Shown piece after piece: positions 1-11,882 of a DNA stretch of 64,000 nt. The first letter of the stretch is position 1, and every line of letters begins with the position of its first letter. Both the position numbers and the translations under genes were made by a program. The stretch is taken from assembly GCA_963774265.1 (NCBI GenBank), contig CAVZDU010000005.1, positions 489,671 to 553,670 on the forward strand, read 5' to 3'. The notes below the pieces were generated by a model. The model was not told the DNA's origin, searched no databases, and saw only the letters and a list, made by a program, of their open reading frames with translations. Origin of the DNA: an uncultured Chloroflexia bacterium. GTDB taxonomy: Bacteria > Chloroflexota > Anaerolineae > CG2-30-64-16.

Positions 1-790
1 CGGTGGTGTCGGTCAGCCAGCTCCATTCGGTCTGACCGTAGCCTTCGCCGGCGCCGTTGACGATCAGGCCATACTGCGCGACCTTGCTCTTGTCGAAGGC
101 CGGGTCCAGGGCATTCTTGCCGTTCTCGTCCACCGTCAGCTTGGCGATCAGTTGGGCGAAGGTGCCGCCGTCGTCCGGGTTCCAGGTGGCGTTGCTGACA
201 TCGTCTACGGTGACGCCGGCTTTATCGAGCATATCCTTGTTGTACACGATGGCGATCGTGTCCCAGTCCTTGGGCAGGCCGAAGCGCTTGCCGTCGCGAG
301 CCCAAAGGTCGGCCAGGCCGCTCAGGTAGACGCTCGTGTCCACCTTGTCGCGATCGATGAACGGCTGGATGTCGAGCAACTGGTTCTTGGCCGCGAATTC
401 AGGATACTTGGCCAGGTGGTCGGTGAAGACGTCGGGCGCGTTCCCGGCGATCATGCCGTTTTGGATGCCACTCCAATAGTCGTCCCAACCCTGCTGGGTG
501 ATGTTGATCTTGATGTTGGGGTTCTTGGCCATGAAGTCGTCGGCGCACTTCTGGTAGGCTGGGAGCTGGTTAGCGTCCCACAGCCAATACGCCACGGGCA
601 CCGCTTCACCGCCGGCCGCCGGGGCTGCAGCCGCTGGGGCTGCGGTAGCTGCTGGCGCAGCCGCCGGAGCTTGGGTGGCTGCCGCCGCCGGGGCTTGAGT
701 CGGAGCCGGCTGGGCGCCGCCACCGCAGGCGCCGAGCAACACGCTGATCACGGTCAAAAGGCTCACAAGTAGCAGAAGACGACGGTTCAT
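1..790 (-). CDS. Sugar ABC transporter substrate-binding lipoprotein (runs off the left edge)
   Basis: Read by hand from ATG at 790: MNRRLLLLVSLLTVISVLLGAC lipobox, Ala/Pro linker, then WLWDANQLPAY...APDVF...GLPKDWDT typical of SBP family 1; GGAGG RBS upstream. Absent from the ORF track because it has no stop in the window. Confidence 0.9.
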   Translation of the reverse strand, partial: MNRRLLLLVSLLTVISVLLGACGGGAQPAPTQAPAAAATQAPAAAPAATAAPAAAAPAAGGEAVPVAYWLWDANQLPAYQKCADDFMAKNPNIKINITQQGWDDYWSGIQNGMIAGNAPDVFTDHLAKYPEFAAKNQLLDIQPFIDRDKVDTSVYLSGLADLWARDGKRFGLPKDWDTIAIVYNKDMLDKAGVTVDDVSNATWNPDDGGTFAQLIAKLTVDENGKNALDPAFDKSKVAQYGLIVNGAGEGYGQTEWSWLTDTT

Positions 791-998
791 AGGTTTCTTA
801 TCCTCCTGGAACTGAATGGTTGGCCCGAGCGGGCCTGCTTCACAGAATTGTCTGGCTTTCAAAGAGTCGACTGTGGGTTAGTTCATTTACACCTCCGCAC
901 GGCTGTTTTGGTTGAATCGCTTCACGGCGACGCATGGCATCTTGTGGGCTGGCAAGGTGGTGCGACGCGGCTCCTTGCATCGACCCCGCCTGATCGCA

Positions 999-1910
999 TT
1001 ACTTGAAGCCGCTAAACTGGATCGAGTCCAGGATCTTACGCCCCACGACCATGAAGAGGATGAACGTCGGGATGATCGCCAGCGTCGTGCCGGCCATCAA
1101 GCCCGTCCAGTCAGGCGCGCCTTGAGGCGTCTGTGATCGGAAGACACCCAATGCGACCGTCAGCACACGGACGTTCTCCTTGTTGCCGATGATCAGGGGC
1201 CACATGTAGTTGTTCCACGAATTGATGAAGGTGATGACCGCCAGCGTCGTGATTGCCGGTATGGTCATCGGCAGCACGATCCGGAAGAACACCACCGGAA
1301 CGTCGGCGCCGTCGATCAAGGACGCCTCTTCCACCTCCCGGTTGATGCCCAGGAAGAACTGGCGCAAGAAGAAAATCGCGAACGGCGTCATCAAGAATGT
1401 AGGCGCGACGATCCCGGCAAAGGTGTCGAGCCACCCCAGATTGCGCACCAGGATGAAGTTGGGGATGGTCATGACGATCCCAGGCACCATCAGCGCCGCG
1501 ATGTAGATGGCGAAAATTTGATTGCGGAAGGGGAACTGCAGGCGCGCGAAGGCGTAGGCCGCCATGGCGCAGAAGGTTATCTGCCCCGCCACTATGAGCA
1601 CCGAAACGATGATCGAGTTGCGCAGGGCCAGGAGGAAATTGATCGACTGCCCTGTTCCGCCCAGCGCCACGGCGGTCGCCACGTCGAGCGTGCCCAGCAC
1701 ACGTTGGAAGTTGATCAGGGTCGGCTGCACCGGCAGGAGCGAGCTGGTGTTTTTGAAGATGGCCGTCGGAAAGGTAAACGCCGTGCGCAGCATCCAGTAG
1801 AAGGGAAACAGGGTGACAAACAGCAGCAGGCCGACACCGGCCCATGCCAAGATCCTGCCCCATGGGATAGGCCGGCGCGGTGTGTGAATGGTTTGAGCGG
1901 GTGCGGTCAT
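999..1910 (-). CDS. Carbohydrate ABC transporter permease (MalG-like)
   Basis: EEASLIDGA EAA loop, WNNYMWPLI, multiple TM helices. Confidence 0.95.
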   Translation of the reverse strand: MTAPAQTIHTPRRPIPWGRILAWAGVGLLLFVTLFPFYWMLRTAFTFPTAIFKNTSSLLPVQPTLINFQRVLGTLDVATAVALGGTGQSINFLLALRNSIIVSVLIVAGQITFCAMAAYAFARLQFPFRNQIFAIYIAALMVPGIVMTIPNFILVRNLGWLDTFAGIVAPTFLMTPFAIFFLRQFFLGINREVEEASLIDGADVPVVFFRIVLPMTIPAITTLAVITFINSWNNYMWPLIIGNKENVRVLTVALGVFRSQTPQGAPDWTGLMAGTTLAIIPTFILFMVVGRKILDSIQFSGFK

Positions 1911-1980
1911 GATGATTGCTCCTTTTTGCGCTCGGGTCTGCCGGCGCACACGAAATGGCGGGAAAGGCTGCCGCCTGCGA

Positions 1981-2907
1981 CTACACGTCGGACTCTCCGG
2001 CGCGCATCAGGCGCATCTGCATCAGGCTGATGAAGATCAGGATCAGGAACAGCACCATGGAAATGGCCGTCGCGTAACCCATGTTGAAACGCGTGAATGC
2101 CTGCTCGTAAATGTACCAGTTGAACACCTTAGTCGCGTTCACCGGGCCGCCCTTGGTCGTGATGGCTATCGTATCGAAGATCTGGAAAGAACCGATGACG
2201 GAGGTGACGAGGACGAAGACCAGCACCGGGCGCAGCAGAGGCACCGTGACCTTCCAGAACATCTGCGTCTCCGAGGCGCCGTCGATGGAGGCGGCCTCGT
2301 ATACCGAGTTGTCAATGGACTGGAGGCCGGCGAAGAGCAACAGCGCGGTATAGCCAACGTACTGCCAGATGTTGATCATCGCAATCGACGGCATCGCATA
2401 CTTCGGAAGGTTCAGGAACGGGATCGTGCCCACCCCTATCGCGCGGAGCACCACGTTCACGATGCCGATGGTCGGATCCAGCAGCCACAACCAGAGCAGG
2501 CCGACGACCACACCCGGCATCAGCCATGGCAGGATGATCATAGCCCTGATGATGATGGACTTTGTTAAGCGGGACATCATCACCGCGATGACCATCGCCA
2601 GCACCGTTTGGATTGGGATGTTGAGTAAGACGTAGTAGACCGTTACCTTGAGGGAGTTCCAGAAGTTCGGGTCCTGCAGAAGTCTGGCGTAGTTCGCCAG
2701 GCCAACGGACTTGGCCGGCGTCAGCAGATCCCAGTTGGTGAAGCTGATCAACACTCCGCGCACGGCCGGTATGGCATAGAAGACGGTAAAGCCAATCAGG
2801 CTGGGCAGGATGAACAGCAGCCCGAAGACGGTTTCGCGGGGTCGCCATCGTCGCTTGGGTTCCGCGCCTATCACGAGTTTCGGGATAGCGGTTGACTGAA
2901 CGCTCAT
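1981..2907 (-). CDS. Carbohydrate ABC transporter permease (MalF-like)
   Basis: YEAASIDGA EAA loop, TKGGP, FNMGYATA. Confidence 0.95.
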   Translation of the reverse strand: MSVQSTAIPKLVIGAEPKRRWRPRETVFGLLFILPSLIGFTVFYAIPAVRGVLISFTNWDLLTPAKSVGLANYARLLQDPNFWNSLKVTVYYVLLNIPIQTVLAMVIAVMMSRLTKSIIIRAMIILPWLMPGVVVGLLWLWLLDPTIGIVNVVLRAIGVGTIPFLNLPKYAMPSIAMINIWQYVGYTALLLFAGLQSIDNSVYEAASIDGASETQMFWKVTVPLLRPVLVFVLVTSVIGSFQIFDTIAITTKGGPVNATKVFNWYIYEQAFTRFNMGYATAISMVLFLILIFISLMQMRLMRAGESDV

Positions 2908-2925
2908 ACTCTTCTCCTCTCTGAA

Positions 2926-3291
2926 CTAGCCTTGAAGGACTTTTTGCAGTGTGTCAAGCAAGGTCTGGGGCAGAACCGGTTTGACCAGGTATGCAGCGGC
3001 TCCCAGGTCCATGCCGCGCCTGCGTTCGTCCAAAGCGGTGCAAAAGACAATGGGCAACGGTGCGCCAGACCGCGTGTTCCGTATGCTTTCCATCAGGTGC
3101 CAGCCCTGGCCATCCGCCCACGCGGGTTCTAGCACGATGACATGAATATCGCCGGTGAGCAGGCGCTGCAACACCTCCTCTTCATGCTGGCAGGTCTGCA
3201 CGAGATAATGGCTGCTGAGCTCTCGCCGGTAAAGCTCTCGAGTCACATCGTCCGCCTCGAGGAGTAGGAGCGCTGGCAAGGCGTTTGACAT
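2926..3291 (-). CDS. Stand-alone receiver domain protein
   Basis: LLLEADD...IVLEP...AAAYLVKP CheY-like pattern; phospho-acceptor position appears to be Glu rather than Asp. Confidence 0.8.
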   Translation of the reverse strand: MSNALPALLLLEADDVTRELYRRELSSHYLVQTCQHEEEVLQRLLTGDIHVIVLEPAWADGQGWHLMESIRNTRSGAPLPIVFCTALDERRRGMDLGAAAYLVKPVLPQTLLDTLQKVLQG

Positions 3292-3459
3292 AGCCTGTCT
3301 TCATGGTTGAGCAGTGGTTTGCTAGCGCGTAATGGATGTTGTAATGATACAGAATCTGGCGGTGGCTGTCTTGTACAAGAGGGACGCATTTTTGGAGAAT
3401 TGGGGACAGGGGCCGGCTCATCCTGTGGGCTGTGAGAATTGGGGGGTCCTCCCGGCCGG

Positions 3460-5980
3460 CTAGCGCACCTGGCGGCGGAAAACGAGGGGACTGCGGCCGG
3501 CTTCCTGGTGGAAGACCCGGCTGAAGTAGGCGCTATCGTCGTAACCAACCCGATTCCCGATCTCAGTGATAGTGAGATTCGTGAAGCGCAGCAGGGTCTT
3601 GGCTTGCTCGATGCGGAAGCGGGTCAAATACTCCCAGGGTGCGATGCCCAGATCGCGGCGGAAGATGCGCGTGAGGTAGCTCTCGCTGGCTGCGACTTGC
3701 GCCGCAATCTGGCCGCGCGAACAGATCTGTGTCCGCGTAATTTTCGCGAAGACAAAGCACGGTTTCGCGGGTCAGGTTGTTGCACTGCGGGGGCAGGTTA
3801 GTTTCGCTGGGCAATGTGCTCGCAGGCGCATCAGGACGGAACCTCGGCCGGCTCTCTGGCTCTGGAAACGGCAGATAGACATGGAATGTGGTGCCCGCAC
3901 CGGGCAAGCTGGTGAAGGTGATGGCGCCATCGTGCAGCTTGACGAGCTCGTGCGTCACGCGCAGCCCTAACCCCAGCCCTTCAGGCGCCCGCCGCGGGCT
4001 TTCGGCAGTGATAAAGGAGCGAAAGATGTGCTTCTGCCGCTCCAGTGAGATACCTGAGCCCGTATCATCGACCCACAGGTGCAGGTGTGTGGCAGTGGGC
4101 AGAGCGCCCAAGGTGATGTTGCCGACCTCGGTGAACTTGTGTGCATTGCTCAGCAGGTTGAACACGATCTGGCGGAGCCGAACCGGGTCAGCCAGGACCA
4201 TGGGCAGAGACTCGGGCAACTCCAGCCGCCACCTGACCTCGGGACGCGAAGGCAAACTGCCCATCATGGCCTGGAAGACCTCTTCCAGAAACGCGTTGGT
4301 TGCAATCTGCTCGGGGAAGATGTCCAGGTCGCTGATCTCCGCACGAGACAGATCCAGGAGATCGTTGATGAGCCAGCCCAGGTGCTCGCTGCTACGATAG
4401 ATATGCCGCAGGTCGCGCGATAGCTCGGCCGGCAGATCGATCCCGTATGGGTTGGGCGTGGCCAGGGCAGATTGGCTATACCCCTGGATGATGTTGAGTG
4501 GCTGGCGCAGCTCGTGGCTGACATTGGCCAGCAGGCGCGCTTTAAGCTCGCTGGCGCGGCCGGCTTGAGCCTGGGCCGCCAGCGCCTCGCCATATAACTC
4601 GGCATTGCGTATCGCGATGCCCAACTGGCTGCCCAGGACCTGTAGGCCCACCAAATCCAGGTGGCTGTGCTGCGTGGTGCGAGCACTTTGCAGGTCCAGC
4701 ACCCCCAGCACTTGCTGCCCGAATCGAATCGGCACGATGACGCGCGAGCGGCAGTCAGGCGCACGTGGGTCCAGCGAGAAGCGCTCGCTGCGTTGCATGT
4801 CGGGGACGAAGGTGGGCTGGTTGCGCTGCAGTGTGTCGCCCAACAATCCCGATTCGGTCAGCGGGATGGGGGCCAGGCTGCCCGCGCTTACCCCCAGTTC
4901 CGGAACCAGCGCCTGGTCGGCCTCCGACCATAAGAAAATCTGCACCCGGTCATAATCGTAGCTGATGCGAATGGTCTCTGCGATCTCGCGACTCAGTTGC
5001 TGGCGATCCAGGATCGTGCCGACGCGTTGGCCGATCGCAAGGGTGGTCTCGAGCTGCCGCAGCCGCTGCACCTCCTGCTCCCGACTGAAACCCACCAGCC
5101 GGCTGGGAATGGTGGCGGAAGTGACGAGCTTTTCCGCCGCAATTACCGCGACGTTCTCTCGAGTCACGAGCCGTGGCTTGTAGCTGAAATGGGGCGGCAA
5201 CGGTTCGCCGCGCGCTGCCTGACATGCGAGATCCATCATCTGGCGGCCGAGCTCCGCGGCGGGTGTCTCGACCGTGGCGGCCATCGTGCCCTCGATAATC
5301 GCGGCCAGCGCCAGCGGGTCGCCGTTGATGCCGACAACCAGCGTCGCGTCCGTGGCCAAGCCCGCGACCCTAGCGGCATCCCGGCCGGCCAGTGCCAGCG
5401 AGTCGGAGAGACCGAAGAGGCCGTCAAACGGCGTCGTGCAGTCGCATAACGTCTCGCTCAGCTTACTGTAGGCCGGGCCATAGGTCCAAGGCGCCGGCCT
5501 ATGGGTCAGGCTGATGCCGGGGAAGCGGCAAAGCACATCGTGGCACGCTGCCAGACGGCTGGCGCCCTTCTCGAAGCCTTCGTGCAGGCCGCCGACCAGC
5601 AGGACGCAACCCTGACCATTCAGCCTCTCGGCCAGGTAGGACGCGCCGATGGCGGCCGCCTCGTAGAGGCCGTACGGCGAAGTTGCGCGGGGATGAGACA
5701 GGTCGATTTCTGTAGCGGTGATGAGCGGCACGCCTGCATCGAGGATGAGGTTCGCCAGCGCGATGTCCACCCCGCTGACGATCAGCGCATCCAGGTTCTG
5801 CGCCAGGCATTCCTCCAGGATGCTCACACGTTCTTCTGGCGCAAGAGGTGTGAGATCCCATTCCAAAGGGATCAGCGCGATGTTGAGTTGACCCGCGCGG
5901 TGATAGATCGCCTCACGTACAAGGACCCAGAACGGGTCACCGGTCGCAAACTGTAAGCCGATGCGGATTGCTTGAGTCAT
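3460..5980 (-). CDS. Hybrid sensor: LacI/RbsB-type sugar-binding domain + GAF + histidine kinase + AraC HTH (frameshifts near 3720 and 3485)
   Basis: PBP fold N-terminus, GAF, SHELRQPL H-box, NLLSNA/DTGSG/GLGLGL boxes; shifted frame gives SESYLTRIFRRDLG...RVGYDDSAYFSRVF AraC motif ending FRRQVR* at 3460. Confidence 0.85.
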
Positions 5981-6271
5981 GGCATTTCTAACGATGGCTA
6001 GCTTCCCAAGGTTATTCAGCCTGGAATCGATCGTTGGCTACGCTTATGCGCGTTGCGCACCCCGTGCCTTGGGGTATGACGATGCTGGTACAGGTCTTTG
6101 GTGTCGTTTGGCTCGGCGTACTGAACACCGCATTGTCCAAGTATATCAGAAGGTTGTGGGTTGGCCAACACAGGGCAACGAAGGGGATGCACAATCCTGC
6201 CACAGTATCGCTTCGTTCTGAACCAGGGTTTCGTGGTATGGTGGCGCATCTGACAGACTGCCACGCGACCC

Positions 6272-6529
6272 ATGGGAGAAGCATTATTGCGAACGCATAT
6301 AATCAGCTGCGCGACGCTTGGGGACGAGATGAAGCGCGTCGCGGATTTCTTCGGCATGGCGTTCGAGGAAATCGAGGGGTCAGACGTGTTCTTGCGCAAG
6401 CTGGTGGAGGGAGACTGGGACCAGCCAGCGGCCCACGCGAACGGCGATTTCGTCGTCATAGAGCCGGGGCAGACGGTGGAGTACACCGCTTTCAGCGCCA
6501 GCGGATCGGGAATGCCCACCACGGCATAA
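6272..6529 (+). pseudogene. Internally deleted DUF1638-like gene
   Basis: IISCATLGDEM resembles the DUF1638 start and FFGMAFEEIEGSDVFLRKLVEGDWD...FVVIEPG resembles its end; only 85 aa. Confidence 0.55.
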
Positions 6530-6563
6530 GAACCTCCGTGGTGGGCGCCGACGCATTTTCGCC

Positions 6564-9130
6564 TCATTCGTACCGCAACGCCTTGATAATCTCCATCTGC
6601 GCGGCGCGGCGCGCGGGGTATAGCGCGGCCAGAACGCCGAAGATCAGCCCGGCCGCGGTGGCCGCGAGGAGGCTGGCCAGGGGGAACGTGTATTCCATCT
6701 TGAAGACCCCGCTGGCGCTCAGGCCGGCGACCATCACGTAGCCGAGATACAGCCCGCCCAGGAGGCCGAAGGCCGTGCCGATCGCGGCCAGCAGCAGCGC
6801 CTCGGCGACGATCATCCGACGCACCTGGCCGCGCGCCGCACCGATCGCGCGCAGCATGCCGATCTCGCGCGTGCGTTCGATGACGCCGATGGCCAGCGTG
6901 TTGAGGATCGCGATCAGCGACGGCACCGAGAGCACGGCCAGCAGGACGTACACCCCCGCAAACATCGCATCGAACTGCTTGCTGAACTCGGCCAGGTATT
7001 CGCGCGTCGAGACCAAACGGAACTGCGGATAGTCCTCCACGATCGGCTTCAGCCGCTCTTCCACCGCGGCCGGGTCCGCGCCCTGCGCCAGGTTGACCTG
7101 CACGAAGATGTCCTCGGTCTTGTTGAAGTCCTCGCGCATCATGGCCTGCGAGATGTAGGCCGTGTTGATCTTCATGTTCAGCACGTCGCCGCCCACCGCG
7201 ACGATGCGATAATCCATCTGGCCCTGGGGCGTGGACAGCGCCACCGTGTCGCCGATCTTGAGGCCCGCCTGGGCCGCCAGGATGCCGTTGACGATGATGT
7301 TCCGCCCCTCACCCAGGCGGCGTAGGCGCCGTCAGGGTCGCCCTCGGTGAAATCCATCCCCGAGACCTCGCGATAGGTCGGGGGATCGATGCCCAGCACC
7401 GAGATTTCCACGTCCCCGGTCCCGCGCGCGGCGCTGGACGGGAACTCGGACCTGGCATAGCGCAAGGAGGTGACCGTGCCGACGCCCGGCACCGAGCGGA
7501 TCTTGTCGGCCAGGATCGCGGTCGCGCCGACGTCGCCCTTCCAGACGGCAACCGAGGGCGGGACGAGCATGTAGTCGCTGCCCATCGACTTCTGGAACAT
7601 CCCGATCACGCTGCCCTGGAGGCTCCACATCAGGCCGCCCACGCCGACGACAATGGCCAGGCCGATCATGGTCGCGCTGGCCGTGATGGCCGAGCGCGAC
7701 GGCTGGCGCGTGATGTTGCCCTGCGCCAGCTCGCCCGTGCCCTCGCGGGCAATGCCAGCGACACCAGCCCGCTAAGCAGCCGGGCGATCGGCTTGACGAG
7801 CACAGGCGCGAGGAGCACCAGGCCCAGGAGGAAGAGCAGCCCACCGAGCGCGACCAACGCAAAGATGCCCGACAAAAGCCCGGCGATGGCCAGGACGATC
7901 ATGACCGCGCCCACGATCGTGATGCCCCGGCCGATGCGCTGCGATTTGTCGCCTGCCATCGGCCGCAGCACTTCCATCGGCGTCACGCGGCTGGCGCTCA
8001 GGGCGGGGAGCAGCCCGGCCAGCAGTGTCACGCCGACGCCCAGCACGACGGAGGTGATGACCAGGCCGGCGAGATGACCGGCGGCCCAGGAGTGACGCTG
8101 AGGAATTGCCGGTAGATGGTTTGGGTGCCGTTGGAAATGACCACGCCCAGGAGATAACCCAGCACCAGGCCCAGCGCCGTGCCGACGAGCCCCTGCACCA
8201 GGCCCTCGCTCAGGATCAGGCCAACGATCGTGCCCCGGCTCGCGCCGATCGCGCGCAGCATGCCGATGTCGTGACGCCGCTCGGCGACGATGGTGCGGAA
8301 GGTGTTGAAGATGATGAACGCGCCCATGAACAGCGTCAGGAAGCCGAGGATGTTGAAGGCGGCCTGCGCCATGCCGATGCTCGCGAAGATCTCGGAGCCG
8401 CTGCCGAGCGCGTTGATGCTGTAGGTCTTGCCCAGCTGCGCCTGGATTTGGTCGATGATCGCCTGCCGCTGCGCTTCGTCCGTGGTGTTCAGGTTGGCTT
8501 CGATGACGTTGAGCCGCCCCTGCATGTCGAGCAGTTTCTGCGCCTGCGCCAGCGTGATGAACACCTCTTCGCCGGCCATGGGCCGGCCCGGCAGCAGGCC
8601 GACGATCTCAAGCTTGACGACGCCCTCGGTGGTCGGGACACGCAGCGTGTCGCCCAGCTTCAACTCCAACTGATCGGCCAGGCTCGTCCGGATCACCGCC
8701 ACATTGCCGTCGCCCGGCTTCAGGAAACGCCCCTCCTTTGGGGTGTAGTCGTGCAGCAAAGGTCCGGCGACCGGGTCGACGCCGGTCAGCGTGAGGCTCG
8801 TGACGGTCGAGCCCCGGCCGTAGAAGTTGGGCGGCAGGTTCATCGGCCGCGAGATCGAGCCGGCGATGGCTGCCACCCCGTCGACGTTCCGACTTTGTCC
8901 AGCGTGCTCGCGGCGAAAGCCTCGCCGGTCTTGTGGGTGATGGTCACGTCCGTCTGGCCCGAGACCGCGAGGAGGCTCTGCTGGAATGCCTGCATCATCG
9001 TCGGCAGCACGGTGCCCATGCCGAAGATCATCATCACGCCGATGACGATGGCCAGGGTCGTCAGGAAAGAGCGCAGCTTGCGGCCCCACAGATAGCGGGC
9101 GGCGAGCGATAGTTGGAATCTCATGGGCAC
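6564..9130 (-). CDS. FtsX/MacB-like ABC permease (several frameshifts)
   Basis: ORFs 8840-9130, 8028-9089, 7666-8046, 7178-7669 and 6564-7244 join into a two-repeat permease with ERRHDIGMLRAIGA and ERTREIGMLRAIGA. Confidence 0.9.
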
Positions 9131-9132
9131 TC

Positions 9133-10428
9133 CTACTTGGACTCGATGGTAACTTTGGCCGTCATGTTCCAGCGCAGCCGCGGGTCCTGGCGGTCAAGGA
9201 TGACGCTGACGGTGTAGACGATGTCGCCCTGCTTGCTCTCGCCGTACGGCTCGACCATGCCCACGCGGCCCGGCAACTCCAGCCCAGGGATCGCCTCGAA
9301 CGCGACAGTGACCGGTGACTCCTCGCTGATCTCCGCTACATTCAACTCGGTCAGGTCGGTGGTTTCGACCTGCCAGGCCGACGTATCGGCCAGCAGCAGG
9401 ACTGCAGCGCCCGGCGCGGCATATTCGCCTGGATGGATATCGAGCTTCATCACAGCGCCTGCGAACGGCGCAGCCAACGTGGCGTTCTTGAGCTGGCTGG
9501 CAGCCAGGTCGCGGCCAGCTTGGGCTGCCTTGAGGCTAGCCTCCAACACCGCGCGGTCATCCGCCGGCTGCTCAAGCTGCGCCAGTTGGGCCTTGGCGTT
9601 CTCAACCGCAGCCAGCGCTGCCTGGATCTGAGCCGAGCGAGGCGTCAGGCGATCGAGGCTGGCTTGCGCCGCTTGCACCTCCGCCTGGGCCGCGGACAAC
9701 TCGGCCGGGGTCGGATGACCGGCTGCGGCCTGGTACGCGGCGATGGCCGCGTTGTAGTTGTTCGTCGCCTGCTGGAGCGCCAAGCTTTGCGGGAGCATGG
9801 CTAGGTTTGCGTTGGCTTTGACCTGATCGTAGGCTGCCTGCGCTTGCTCCAGGCTGGCCCTGGCGTTGGCTACCTGCGCGCTCAGTTGCGCCAAATCATC
9901 GGCAGACGGTCCCGCGGCCACGCGCACAGAATTCTGCTGTGCAGCCGTCAGCGCCGCTCTTGCCGCGGCAAGGTCCGCCGCGCTGGGTCCCGCGGCCAGT
10001 TGGTCGTAGGCTGCCTGTGCCGAGGCCACGTTCTGCCTGGCTGCCGTCAAATCCTGCTCGGTTGGGCCGCGATCGAGCAGGTCCAGTCGAGCCTGGGCGC
10101 CGGCCAGGTTGGCTTCGGCCTGTGCAAGCTGTTGCTCGAGCACCCCGATGTCGAGCTGTGCCAGCACCTGGCCCGCGGCCACCTGCTCGCCAAGTGCAAC
10201 TGGGACTTGAGACACAATGCCGCCGGTCGCAAAGCTAAGGGTTACGCTCTTGGCGGGGATCACTCGCCCCTCTGCGACAATACGGCTGGCGGGCTGTCCT
10301 CCGCCGGCGACCGTAATCGGTGCCGCGGTGGGCGTCGGTTTCACCGGTATCTCTGTCGAACGGCACCCGGCAAGAGCGAGGGCCAGCAATAAAATCACCC
10401 ACAGGCTACGGATGGCGCCTTTGGTCAT
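9133..10428 (-). CDS. HlyD/MacA-type membrane fusion lipoprotein
   Basis: LAGC lipobox, lipoyl halves, long Ala/Gln coiled coil, LRWNMTAKV. Confidence 0.9.
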   Translation of the reverse strand: MTKGAIRSLWVILLLALALAGCRSTEIPVKPTPTAAPITVAGGGQPASRIVAEGRVIPAKSVTLSFATGGIVSQVPVALGEQVAAGQVLAQLDIGVLEQQLAQAEANLAGAQARLDLLDRGPTEQDLTAARQNVASAQAAYDQLAAGPSAADLAAARAALTAAQQNSVRVAAGPSADDLAQLSAQVANARASLEQAQAAYDQVKANANLAMLPQSLALQQATNNYNAAIAAYQAAAGHPTPAELSAAQAEVQAAQASLDRLTPRSAQIQAALAAVENAKAQLAQLEQPADDRAVLEASLKAAQAGRDLAASQLKNATLAAPFAGAVMKLDIHPGEYAAPGAAVLLLADTSAWQVETTDLTELNVAEISEESPVTVAFEAIPGLELPGRVGMVEPYGESKQGDIVYTVSVILDRQDPRLRWNMTAKVTIESK

Positions 10429-10440
10429 ATCCCACCCCCG

Positions 10441-11184
10441 TCACTGTAAGACGGCTTGCACCTGGCCGGCCACCGTTTCCCGCTCGCTCGCGGTGCTGGC
10501 TGCCAGGTCGGTCTCGCTCACAACTGTGCCGTCTTTCAGGAAGACGATGCGATCTGCGTAGGCGGCAATACGTGGGTCGTGCGTCACCATGAGCACGGCA
10601 TGGCCCCACTCCTTCGCGACCTGATTCAGCAAGCCAGCGATCTCGTCCGCCGCGCGCGAATCCAGGTTCCCTGTCGGCTCATCGGCAAGGACCAGCATCG
10701 GGTCGGTGAGCAACGCGCGCGCGATCGCCACGCGCTGCTGCTGCCCCGCGGACAGCTCGTCGGGCCGGTTGCTCAGCCGCGCGCCCAGGCCCACTCTCTC
10801 CAGCCACTCGGTTGCTCTCTCCTTGGCCTGCTTGCTGTTCTCGCCGTCCAGCAGCAGCGGCAGCGCGGCGTTGTCCACGGCGTCGAGGATCGGGATCAGG
10901 TTGAAAAACTGAAAGATGAAGCCGATCTTGCGGCGCCGGAGCTGCGACAGCGCGTTGTCGGACAGGCTCGATAGCGACTTACCGTCGATCATCACGCTGC
11001 CCTCCGTCGGCCGGTCGAGGCCGCCCAGGAGGTGCAGCAGCGTCGACTTGCCGCAGCCGCTGGGGCCCATCACCGCGACAAGCTCGCCCGCGTCCACGCT
11101 CATGTTTACGTGGTCGAGGGCGACGACCGCGGTTTCGCCTTTACCGTACACTTTGGTCAGGTTCTCGGTTCGAACGAGTGGCAT
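10441..11184 (-). CDS. ABC transporter ATP-binding protein (LolD/MacB-like)
   Basis: [33 protein letters not shown]. Confidence 0.95.
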   Translation of the reverse strand: MPLVRTENLTKVYGKGETAVVALDHVNMSVDAGELVAVMGPSGCGKSTLLHLLGGLDRPTEGSVMIDGKSLSSLSDNALSQLRRRKIGFIFQFFNLIPILDAVDNAALPLLLDGENSKQAKERATEWLERVGLGARLSNRPDELSAGQQQRVAIARALLTDPMLVLADEPTGNLDSRAADEIAGLLNQVAKEWGHAVLMVTHDPRIAAYADRIVFLKDGTVVSETDLAASTASERETVAGQVQAVLQ

Positions 11185-11199
11185 GGTTTCCTCCGGGTA

Positions 11200-11794
11200 C
11201 TAATGATTATCCGGCGTTCTTTTGGGACGTCCGCGCTGCCTGAGTTCGGGCTCAGGCAGCGGTTGGCGCTTGATTTCGTCTAGACGAGCCTCCGTCATGT
11301 CCAGCCAGCGGAGGTCCGCTTCCAGATGCATGGCGGCTTTGTCGAGCAGCAGGATCTTGGCCAGCTCTTGACCGGCATCAGCACGCGTGCGCTGGCCCGT
11401 GATCGCATGGAGTTCCCGGTACAGGCACGTTCGTTGTGTGTGGATCAGCCGATAGGGATCGGCGGCCCCCGAGATCAGCGCGAGCATCAGCTTCATGAAG
11501 AATTCGTCGCGCTCGATGCTCCGGCAACACGCCCTCTTCAAACCAGGCTCGCAGAGCCTGATGTCCCTCGGGTGTGATGGCGTAAATACGCTTTTCGGGC
11601 CCCCCGTCCTGCTCGATTGACTGCTCCGTGACAAGGCCGCTTTTCTCCATGCGAGTCAATGTCGTGTAAACTTGCGCCGGCTTAACGTCCCAGTTCTCTG
11701 CGCCGCCCGCCACAGCCTCGAACGCCGCGCGCAGCTCGTACCCGTGACGCGGGCGCTGCGCCAGCAATCCGAGAACGGCATGGCGGACGGTCAA
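11200..11794 (-). CDS. PadR family transcriptional regulator (frameshift near 11520)
   Basis: VRHAVLGLL..RPRHGYEL...QVYTTLTRM...KRIYAITPEG, then RDEFFMKL...EADLRWLD C-terminal domain. Confidence 0.9.
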
Positions 11795-11829
11795 CTGACA
11801 CCTCTGATGAAGGTCAAAATGTTACTACT

Positions 11830-11882
11830 CTACAAGTTACTAGATTCGGAGAAATAATACAACGAGTTACTAGATTTGTCAA
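11830..11882 (-). promoter_or_regulatory. Sigma70 promoter of padR operon with repeated operator AATCTAGTAACT
   Basis: Minus strand TTGACA-17 nt-TATTAT; AGTTACTAGATT occurs twice (about 11834 and 11864). Confidence 0.65.

Noticed and set aside
5004-5016. CGATCC-A-GGATCG palindrome in the sensor kinase
   Set aside because: Encodes TILDR at the ordinary start of a GAF domain with no extra residues; shows that such palindromes can arise by chance
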